A stretch of DNA of 61,097 nt, the filler included, from Sphacelaria rigidula (Eukaryota), in NCBI GenBank assembly GCA_964200075.2. It is 8 parts of 8 records of this genome, joined end to end, with 100 filler letters (N's around TTAATTAATTAA, not from the genome) between each part and the next. Parts side by side here need not be neighbours in the genome. Positions count along the whole stretch, not along the records: positions 7,651 to 15,200 come from CAXNAA020014376.1; positions 15,301 to 22,850 come from CAXNAA020014377.1; positions 22,951 to 30,500 come from CAXNAA020014378.1; 5 more parts are not named here. The stretch is one strand, 5' to 3'. How positions within the stretch are numbered: the first letter of the stretch is position 1; each line of letters begins with the position of its first letter. The position numbers and the translations under genes are program-made. Shown here one piece after another: positions 12,788 to 23,159 of this stretch. Under the pieces are notes generated by a model that was given only the letters and a program-made list of their open reading frames with translations, did not search any database and was not told the origin of the DNA.

Positions 12788-13274
12788 AGGATGTACACAT
12801 GCACCACGCCCACATCTTTTTGCTCAACTCGACATATATACACTTCATGGACGACATACAATTGGCAAAAAAACTGCAAGTCAACCCCTGGCTCATGATA
12901 AACACGTCTTCACCCTCTTTCTCTGTATATATATATATATATACCTATACGTATCGCATGAGATTGTGTGCGTTCTTGTGTAATAACTGTATCCAATAAT
13001 CGCAATTCATCGCAGGGCATCAAAACGCAATCGAGTTAAAACCATGGACTCTTGCAAGCTCTGAATATCTGCCAAATGCAGTGATCCTTGGCACTGAGGT
13101 CGCACTAGTACTGCACCCACCAAGCATTAACTTTGGGCGCACGTTTTTAGAGCGTATTTCGAGAACATAAAATAGATATACGCGAACACGATAAAGACCG
13201 AGCAATATTACCTCTTACCGATGTCCTTGCCGAGCTCCATTGAATCTACAACAAGCACATGAACGACGCTCTTG

Positions 13275-13980
13275 TCTCATCACGTATGGACACGTACATT
13301 TCAACACGTGTAGACACGTAGTTTTTCATCACGTATAGGCAAGTACATTTCATCACGGAGACACGTATGCCTGCTCACGTACAGACACGTGTTTCGACAG
13401 ATTTCCTACCTCCCATGCATGTGATTACCTGATTACGTACAGACACGTATGTTTCATCACGTATATTTCATCACACGAAGACACGTATGCCTTATCACGT
13501 ACAGACACGTATGTCCACCTATTTCCTACCGTCCATGGGTGTGCCTGAATCATCACGTATAGAAATTTATGTTCCATCACGTACAGGCACGCATGCTTCA
13601 TCACGTACAGACACGAATTTTTCATCACGCATAAGAGTTTATCCCTCGTCACGTACCGGCACGTACGTCTACATCTTTCTCACATTTCACGCTAGTGCAT
13701 GAATCATCACGTATAGACACGTAAACATACCTATTCCCCACCTTGAGTCATACCCATGAATCATCACGATTTATCTGCATATATTTAACTCAACGCTTGT
13801 TAGTTGATGCCTCAAGTCCGTAATGTCGGAGAATCGTACGGCACTTTCTGTCATGAGAATTCCACGCCAGTACCCTCGAGCAGAAACGTAACAGGTGGGT
13901 GGTATAGACACGTATGTTTCATCACGTATCGACACGAATGTTTCATCACGTATCGACACGAATGTTTCATCACGTACAGT
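13275..13980. repeat. Degenerate minisatellite, ~24-bp unit TCATCACGTAYAGACACGTATGTT
   Basis: More than a dozen recognisable ATCACGTA/GACACG units; near-perfect tandem copies at 13905-13980. Confidence 0.85.
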
Positions 13981-14225
13981 ACTACGCGTACATGCGCCAT
14001 GGAGTATATCCTTTGTCAGACTTCCACTTTTCTCTTTATTTACCTTGCTCCGATCTTGCTCGTATTCAGCTCTTTTTCCCGCTTATCCAGCTGTCCCCAC
14101 AGTAAATCCACCTCTAGCACGCCCTGTCAACAGCACAGATGACAACAACGGCGACGACAAGGTCGATCATGTGTGTGACGCGCCTCTGCATGTCACCGAG
14201 CTTCGTATCGATATTACGGTCACTG

Positions 14226-14345
14226 TGATTGATTTGATTCATTTAATTGATTTGATTGATTTGATTGATTTGCTTGATTGTCGCACTTTAACTGACCCCC
14301 CGGGGTCCAGGCGTGGTCTCATGACAGACGTACCCAACAAAAACG
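14226..14345 (-). mobile_element. 3' end of a retroposon with an (AATC/AAATC)n tail (family C); other copies at 39755-39845 and 47425-47520+
   Basis: On the + strand, (TTGA)n-TTGTCGCAC.TTAACTGACCCCCCGGGG..CGTGGT..CATGA.AGACGTACCC occurs at three loci on three contigs, each abutting a TTGA/TTTGA microsatellite. Confidence 0.7.
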
Positions 14346-15369
14346 AAACCGAAACACGCTCTGAAGAAAATAAGGAACAGGAAGAAAAAAAAAATCGAAC
14401 TGTACGTGTTCTTCATTGCCTCAAGCAACATTTCAAGTCAGCGATTGTCATAGCGCCATCTATTTTTGGGCAAAACCTTGATCCACAACCTCCGGCCCCC
14501 TCCCACCTCCACCAAGCAGAAAACAAGAACACCCATTCCGAATACCGGGACAGAAACACATCCAAAGGTAGCCAGGTGGTGGTATCGTCCTTCACCGACC
14601 CCCCGTTCAGTCATTCGCGCGCATACAGTTTTTCGTCACATTAGTTTTCACCATACGTGTGTATGTATCCCCACAGAAAAAATATCGACCCTAGCAGCTA
14701 TATCGCAAGTCTCACAAAGTAGCATGGTAGCCATACCGTAGGCGATCAAGAGTATCATGGTAGCAGTACGGCTGGTTTGGCTAATGTGCCACAGTGAATC
14801 AAGCGACCAATCAACAGTAACGTGGCGTTGGAAAAAAAATCAGCATAAACATTTCTTACAATCGAAACCTCGACTATATATTCCAATACAACGATAAAAA
14901 AAACAGCGGTGGTGTGGCCGCTGGAATTCACAAGAAAAAACTCACCATCTAATTTTGCAATGGTTTTTTTTTCGGCCCGGAGTCTAGTGCTGGACTATTC
15001 AAGTAAATTACGGCACTTGCAACTGTACGAAGTTCCCAGCTCCGCTCTTCAGTAGAGCTCGCATGTCAATTGAACAAACTACTGGGCGATTGGGTTCTTA
15101 CATGAGTGCAACATGGAATATGAGCGATGCGTTGCAGTGTTTAGAACTTGCGAAGACGGTTTGGTCTCCGCTGAGATTGCTTGATGTGCTGTATTGTTGT
15201 NNNNNNNNNNNNNNNNNNNNNNNNNNNNNNNNNNNNNNNNNNNNTTAATTAATTAANNNNNNNNNNNNNNNNNNNNNNNNNNNNNNNNNNNNNNNNNNNN
15301 GTCTGACACACTTATGAGCCTCTTTTTTCGTGCAACCAAATACCCCCCCCCCTATCGTAGGATGACTCT

Positions 15370-16233
15370 CTTCGGACACCTGCCCCCCCGTCTCCTGGAG
15401 GGCATCAGCCGACAAGCTCACTCTGCGACTGGCCAAAAAGGCAGGCGTTTCGACGCTCGATCCGGGCGACGGCATTTTCGTTTTTTGGGACTCAAACAAC
15501 CGATCGTACGGATCGACTCCGAGTTCCCGAAGCGTCGGTAGGCCCAATAGAACGACATCATCCGTCCCCGGCATGATCACAAACGATATTGCGGGTAATT
15601 TTTCTGGCCCCCAAGTAGTCAGGAACGCCAACTGTAGGGGAATCATACGCTCCGTCACATTTATACGTTGCCCCGATGCGGTGATGGCCTGCCGCGCCCC
15701 GAGCGAAAACGGAATTCGAATTTGCTCACCGGGGAGTAGACGCTCCAGCATCTCCACAATTAGCACCGACATGCTCGTGAAGTGGGCGCCTGAATCCAAC
15801 ACCGCTTTGACCGATATAGGTCCCCGCGCCCGTTGATCGGGTAGATATAACTAGGCAGGGACATAATTGTCTTGGCCCTCGACCGGCACCTGCTCCGCCG
15901 ACTGATTGTTCGTAATCTTCACTTGGCGCCACGGCTGCGCGCGCGGCGCAGGCAGAGACGCCCCCGCTGGGGTTACCGGCACCGGCGGCCGGTACGAAGC
16001 CCCGCCTGCAGAACCAAATTGCAGCGGTACCCCGGCCGACGCAGCAGCCGATCCAATTTTCAGCTGAAAACCGTCCGGCTCCGCAGCCGGCGTCTCACCT
16101 TGCTCTGCTGCCGACGGCACCGGCACCGAGCCCGACACCAGAGAGATCGGTCCCACCTGCACCGCCCGTTGCGGAGCAGCAGCGCCTGCGGCTGAACCAA
16201 ACCCAGAACCGGACCCCTGCTGACGCAGCTGCC

Positions 16234-16274
<41 letters not shown>

Positions 16275-17202
16275 GAAGTCGACGGTGCACCTCCACCACT
16301 GAAGGATCCGCCGCCGCCGCAATCACGACTACCTCGTCTTTTGCCCTTGTGAGGGTGCGCGGCACTCGTCTATCCAGACTCCCCCTCAGAAGGCGTTGGG
16401 CACTTCCGTGCGATGTGACCGACCTGGCCACACTAAAAGCAAGTAAAATTGGAGGCGGCACTGCCTGCGGATTTTAATCCGCGGTTACGCGAGCTCGAAG
16501 ACTGCGGCGACGAAGTGGATGATTTTCCGAATACTTCGACGCGACGCCATGCCTGAGCTTCAGCCACCACGGTATCCATAACTAAATACGGGCCGATTTC
16601 CAATTTGTCTCGTGCTGTAACTGTACAAGCACAGCCTGCTTGAATTCCGCCCGTGCCAGATCCTCCACCATCGCTTTGGTGACCACCGCAGCGGGCCCTG
16701 GGCGAAATTTCCCATCGGACGAACGATAAATCATCTCTACGTTGGGATTGTCCGCAAAATATGTTTCCAACTTACCCATTATGGGCTCCACCCTCTCACA
16801 CATGATCCTCCCCTCGTGGTTCATTGCGACAGCCTTCGCCACGGCCGCGGACGACTGAGTAAGCTCTACCTCCGCTCCTGCCGCATGCCCTGCGTGCTTC
16901 TTTATCGCTGCGGTCAACTGCAGCGGCGTTATAGTATCTTTTTCGTGGAACCTTCTCGCGAAGACGCGTTGTAAGGGGGTAGGCACTAATTGCGCCATAG
17001 AAACCACCTGATGCCTCACCGCACCCCCTGCATTCGCATGTTCCACCCTCCTTTTGTATTCCATGCATCTCGTGTAAAACGATCGAGAGGCACCCTCAGA
17101 ATACAAACTCCCGTAACTGGGCGGCCGCAACTCTTCCCTTAGAACGACTGGGGTTACGGTTGTTTCCGCTGGCTCTACTGCCGGTACCTCCGTGGTCGAC
17201 AT
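15370..17202 (-). mobile_element. LTR retrotransposon (Ty3/gypsy-like) gag-protease region, decayed
   Basis: gag-like ORF 16582-17202; CCHC knuckle C-F-*-C-GQVGHIARKC at ~16400-16443 with an in-frame TAG; (CAG)n tract at 16236-16272; aspartic protease VKAVLDSGAHFTSMS..VVLLGLPTL in ORF 15245-15802. Interrupted at ~15368 by a MITE end. Confidence 0.8.
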
Positions 17203-17514
17203 TCTCGAGCGGAAAATCGAAGATTTGTTAAACCTTCTCGAACTTCAAATCACACCTGCTTCCTTCGCCGCTCCAACACAGCCCGGGGGTCGTATAAAAA
17301 CCCGCTGTACGCAGCTCCAGCAAGTCTCCAGTCTGGATCAATCACGGGCCAGCCGCCTTTGCAGCTACCTCAGCTTGAATCCTCCTCACGCGTCTGTGAA
17401 GCTCTATGCCCGAAGCTGACCACAAGCTGTCCAGACGTCTCCCTGCTGAAAATTTCAGCAGCCTCAAACGATAGCATCTACTAGCACTCCCAGCACTAGA
17501 ACTAATATCGATGT

Positions 17515-17764
17515 TGTGACGCTAGCAGGTTGCTAGTACTGCAGCGTCTAAATGCTGTTGAGGGACTCCCCAGCTCCACTGGCCTCAAGGTCTCAGTTGT
17601 CAGCCTTCGCAACACCTTATCATCATTCGGAGTAATCACATGCAGCCCCCTACGATCAGGCCTGGGCTACACAGCTAGGGTCATCATCCACAGGATGCCC
17701 TTGTCCCCCGGTCATCATTCAGCATCCACTATATACTCAACCGTGACGGCGTGATTTCGCCACA
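17515..17764 (-). mobile_element. Putative 5' LTR of the gypsy-like element
   Basis: On the - strand it begins TGTGGCG and ends CGTCACA (TG..CA with a short imperfect inverted repeat), contains TATATA, and lies ~310 nt upstream of gag. No second LTR is available to confirm. Confidence 0.45.
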
Positions 17765-20700
17765 GGTCGCCCTAGTGTGGTGACAACGCTCGTCTTGTTG
17801 TACGGGCAGAGTTGCAGTTTCTGTGCTTGGGAGGCAACTGGATTTTCAACATTGTTCGAAATTTTGAGATGGCAAGACTCAGGATCAAGCACCTGATTGT
17901 GCCAAGCACACAGAAACTGTCGTCAGCGGCTGGCCGGCGTGCCGCGGCTGCGACCGCCGCAGCGGGTAGTGGCGGTTCTGGCTCGAAAAAGCTTCACAAA
18001 CCTTGTCCCACCACACAGAAACTGTCGTCAGCGGCTGGCCGGCGCGCCGCGGCTGCAGCAGCCGCTGATGAACCAAATAGCGCGCCCAACAAAAATGCAG
18101 TGCCCCGAGGCTGTCGGCGATGTGTTGGCCGAGGTTGTCATAGGTGCGATGCTTATGATCCTACGGCGGGAGCAAGTACTACTCCGCAGGAATCTCTGCT
18201 TCACGAGAAGGTGGATTCCACGTTAACGGATTTAGATCCACGGGATAGACTTGTATTCGATAACCAGCGTGTAACTGAGGACACACCTTGCATGCTCAAA
18301 GCTGCAGGGGGGTGTTATTCGAAAATCTGTGTGCGCCGACGATATGACGGGAGATGGTTCAGATGATTCGCAGGGGTGTCTGCTTGAAGGCGAGCTGGGT
18401 GCACAGTTGGCGGGGTTGCCGCCGGAGCAGCGTGGCGCTGTGGACACGCCGTGCATGCTGGAAGCAGCAGGGGTGTGTGACCCGCGTGAAGCGGGTAGGC
18501 AGAGCTAGCTTCAGGCTTGTGATGCTATTAGCGGTCATCATTCCTACAGCGACGGTGAGCATTGCGTAGTGTTGGGGTGGTCGTATGCACTGCTATTTAA
18601 ATGGACAGGTTTGTCGTGCTTGGCGGCATTGATCGAGGTGCCTATGCCGCTGCACGGTCAGGTGCTTGAGGAGGATGGTGTGATGCCATCGGGAGGTGTT
18701 GCTGTGCGGGACTGTATGGCTGCTCCCGTTTCGCCTCTCGTTTGCTCTGAAGAAACGACTGAAGCACGAGCTTTCGCTGATGCTCAAGCATCTGTTGGGG
18801 TGGAAGATTCATCGCATTGGTTTGGCGGTGCGAGTATACCGTTTGGTGGAGTGCTCAGCGGCACTGTGGGGGTTCTACATGTAGCTGGACTGATGGTACA
18901 CGGAGCGAGTGTTCGAATGGAAATGCTGGGCTATGGTGTGCATGAATTTGTGGCGCGACTGCTGCTGTTTCTCAGGAGCGGGCTGGAGGACTACAAAGAA
19001 GGCATTACCTGAGGTTCTTGCTGTTGTGGTGAGCGCCGCGTTGGATGCTGAGCCAGTGCTAAGGTGATTGAGTGCTTGTTGAGAATGAGGAAACACATTA
19101 ACACATGGTATTCGCGAATCGTTTTGAGCATGATTGCAGCTCGTTATTGTGTGGTTTGTGGTCATGTCTGCGCATGAAATATGGTTGCTGAGCGAGTATG
19201 ATCGTGTCGCGTGTGCAGGGTGAAATTCTGGCGTACACGTCGATATATGGGATGTGTGTGTCGTGCTGATCTGGTTGGCACGGACGATGCATGGTGTTTA
19301 CTAGGAGGAAGGTCGCATTGCATGTGCTGGGTGAAATGCTGGCATGCATGTGTGGAATGTTCGCTACATTATGTTAGTGCGCATGGTAACTGGCGAAGAG
19401 TCAGGGTGAGGAAAGTTTCAATATACTACTTTATGCTGAATAAGGTGAACCTCGTATATTCCTGCTCACACAGATCCGCGGCGGAGTTCTCTTTGTGCGG
19501 CTTGTGGGTCCTGACTGTAGGAGATGGTGCTTGCTGCTGTTGGCGTTACAATGGCCAGTAACTACGAAATGCGTAGGCTCGTATGCGCGCAAGGAAAACA
19601 CGAGTGTTTTTGTGGCTGAAGATGACTGATCTTTGGCGATGGAACCTCTTTTGAGGGAATATTTCATTTCCGTCTGGAAGAATCATGTGGATGGAGTGTC
19701 CATTTGTCTAAGGAAACGGTGCAGGTGAGGTGCAAGTCTGCTGGGATATGAACTGAATTTTATATCGCGGTTGATCGATCGATGGGATATCACGGTCCTA
19801 AATACAAGTTGGGATATTATATCTTGGTGCTTTCTGGGATGTACTCGGTAAAATAGAGTTTGAGAACGATATCACGACGGGTTATCAATGATGGCGGAGG
19901 TCGAGGGCCGTTTGCCGTTGTTGGATTGATATACATGGCTTGAAAAGCGGTTTGAGCCATGGCTTTTTTTTTCAATATGCTCATGAGTTGAGTGGGCGAT
20001 GAAGCTTTCACGAAGAAGAGGTGTACGAGGCATACGTTTTCACGGAGTTGAACAAGCAAGAGGCCAGCTGCGTTCTAGTCGTGTTGGATACTTATTTGAT
20101 TCTAGTTTCAGGTATATTGCTTGGCTGTTGCACTCCGTTGCGCAGGTGTTGAACGTACGACAGAGGAATGTGTATGTTGAACGGTATCGAATGCCAGAGA
20201 CGGATCGTCACGATGGTTTCAGAATTTGAAGCTCATTGACGTTTACATTTTCTTGCCGGTTTGGCGTCAGGAGACTTGTTTGAAGCATGGGTTTGGCAAT
20301 TGGGCGTCAGCTATCGCTCCGTGACTCGGGGCGATACAAGTAGCGTGATTGCGTGTTCATCATGGATGTTTTGGATCTCTTGCAAGTTGTTCGGAAATTG
20401 GACAAGCTTATGTGGCTGTTATCGTATACTGTGGTAAGGATTGCCATTCTATGCGAAAAATGACGGTAGACTTCGGCAAGAATGATGTCTGGATTTATCA
20501 AGCTCTAGGGTGACTACTTGTTGGTAGTAAGCGAGCTTTGGGGGTGCTGTAGACTCCGGGCAACATTGTAACCTTGATTTGGTACATGACTGCAGCGGAG
20601 AAAATACATAGCAGGCGTTTCTAGTCTGGTTGATAGATAACGGGTCTGAGAGTATGATCGGTGGACTCCGTGATGTATGATGTTTGCATACGAGGTGCAA

Positions 20701-20766
20701 GGTCACTTCTGGTTAGCGAAGACTGCTGTTTGTATAACTGCTTGAAGTCTTGAAGTCTCTGGAGCC

Positions 20767-20880
20767 CGCACGGGTGGCCACTGGGGTGTCTGCAACCTCG
20801 ACTTTGGACGTTACAGACCTTGTGCAAGGTCTGTAACGTCCAAATTCGAGGTTGCAGACACCCCAATGGCCACCCGTGCG
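20767..20880. repeat. 114-bp near-perfect palindrome (fold-back)
   Basis: 56-bp arms CGCACGGGTGGCCA(C/T)TGGGGTGTCTGCAACCTCGA(C/A)TTTGGACGTTACAGACCTTG with 2 mismatches and a 2-nt centre (TG). Confidence 0.95.
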
Positions 20881-21038
20881 TGACAGGGAGGAAGCCTCTG
20901 GAGCAGCACTGTAACCTTGTTCTGATTCCAGGCAGGTTCACAAATCGGTTAACACCGTGAAATTGTACGGTGACCAGGGGGTACGAAAAAAGCAGCCACA
21001 TCGAAGAACACTTGAACGGAACGGAAGAAGACGGATGA

Positions 21039-22810
21039 GTGTTGAGAGATAGCAGCAACTTCAGTGGTGCAGATTACGCGCACTGTATCCAGTGCCCCCG
21101 CAATCCCCCGCAATCCCCCGCAATCGCAACCAAAAATCAGATCCAGTCACCTCCGCAGCAAGGGGAACTTCGACTGCAACACCCCTGTCAACTACACCAG
21201 CAGCGACCACTTTATCATGCCCCACGCGATTCCGACCTGCCTTCCTCCAGTTCAGCTACATCCTCTGCGCCGCTTCACCTGTACATGGCACATAGTGTGT
21301 CACAGGGCGAGTCACGTTTCGAGTTGGGTGATTTTGATTCGGGGGTTGCTTCGCTTAAACAAAGTGGGTCAGGGTATGATGTAGATGATGGTACAGAAGA
21401 GTGGTATGCCGACAACGATGCTCCACACCATACTCCTGGTTCAATGAATGGTATGTATGATCTGCGTCCCCCCCGGAAGGGAAATGAGCACGTGATCGTG
21501 GGGAATGGAACAATCCTTCCTGTCCGCGCAGTAGGAAGTTTTAAGTTCAAATTTCACATGCCAAATTCCACCGCCCCGAAATCCGTCGGTCTGCCCTCAC
21601 AGTTTTGCGTACAACTAAGTGAGATCTACGTTCTGGAAGGCATTCATTTCGATCGTTTTTCTCTGCACCAAGTGCAGAAAAAGCAGGATGTATTTTTGAC
21701 TGAAACAGGGGTACGTACATATTCCTGATGCTCAGCTTCGTTTCGATTGCAATGAACGGTCCTCATCACAAAGAGCCATTTGGTTACCGCCAACATATCA
21801 GAACCCGTCACTTGCCATGCCAACCGTAGGAATCCCTTCTCCTTCCCCAAGTGTTGGTTTAGAGTGCGCTCCATCGGCAAGCGTTGTACCTGCTCCCCTC
21901 ATCGGCGTTCGATTCGAGTCCGTTCCACCGGCGAACATAGTACATTCCGGCGTTGGTTTCCAGTCCGCTTCATCGGCAAGCGTTGTACTCCCCCTCGGCG
22001 TTCGATTCCAGTCCGTTCCACCAGCGAACGTAGTACATTCAGGTGTTGGTTTCCAGTCCGCTTCATCGGCAAGCATTGTACCTTTCCATACCACCGGCGT
22101 TGGTTCCCTACTTGCAGTCCAAGGGCTCCACCGCCCCGATTTGAGCGTGTTCGAAGATGAAGCATTGATGGATAGAATTGGCGTGACCCCCTACTAAGAT
22201 TGTTTTCCGCGTTTTCTGAGTGAAGAAGTGGGAGATGTGGCTGAAAACGAGACGGCCCTTGCGGTTCTTGCCCTTAATTCTCGCCCATTTTCAGTTGGAA
22301 AACCGAGACAAAAAGTCGATATTAATTTATCCAATGTTTCCCTTCCCCACATTCATGAGACGGTATTGGAAGAAACTGCGAAACAACAGGTCATTATTCT
22401 GACGGGGGTATTGGCGCCATGTACGGGATGTTTGGAAGCGAAGGGACATCGGGCAGGTATTCCGCGACGACTGGGCAGGAGGGCAACGCCTGTACTCGGC
22501 ACCGTGCACCTCGACCCAATAGGCCCACATCCTCGTACATTGGGTGCATCAACTCATATGCTGGCCTGCTTCGACAGCAAGTCGCGCTTCCTGATACTTT
22601 ACGGCCTCGCACATAAGTCTGACACGCTGGCAAAGGTGAAGCGTTTCATCGCCGACGTCAGCGCCATCGGTACCCCCGTTGTTTTCGCATGGACAACGGG
22701 GGCGAGTTCACCTCCAATGCTTTCGGCGCCTACTGCGACGATGCAACGATTCGTCGTGAGTACACTGCCCCCGACACTCCGAAGCACAACACCGTGGTGG
22801 AAAATGCAAT
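21039..22810 (+). mobile_element. Ty1/copia retrotransposon pol remnant (protease, GAG-pre-integrase, integrase N-half), frameshifted
   Basis: EWYADNDAPHH..VIVGNGTILPVRAVGS (decayed copia protease WxxDSGAxxH), then HETVLEETAKQ..CTGCLEAK (zinc-binding), VHLDPIGP, and in a shifted frame FRMDNGGEF..PDTPKHNTVVE. Protease followed directly by integrase is the copia order. Confidence 0.88.
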
Positions 22811-23159
22811 TTAACCACAAATTGTGCGAATTGAGGTTTAAGTCCGAGATNNNNNNNNNNNNNNNNNNNNNNNNNNNNNNNNNNNNNNNNNNNNTTAATT
22901 AATTAANNNNNNNNNNNNNNNNNNNNNNNNNNNNNNNNNNNNNNNNNNNNTCTCGACCGAACTAATTGTGTGTTTGAGCCATGCTACGATAGGGGGGGGG
23001 GGCTGTTTTGGGCCGCTTTCTTCCACGAAATTCCACTTCAATCGCCGCTGAAAGCAGTCACAACGTTTTCCTCTCCATCCTACGTTTACACTGTGGACCC
23101 TGCTAGGTCAACTTTCAACTTTTAATCCTCCTGATGAAGTGCTTCAACGCCTATCACCA

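Noticed and set aside
13895-14644. 249-aa ORF
   Set aside because: It is stitched from a minisatellite, a TTGA tail and a family C repeat; no coherent protein.
19500-20560. Degenerate reverse transcriptase (GLAIGRQLS resembles RT motif B)
   Set aside because: No recognisable YxDD or other RT motifs in register; too decayed to call.
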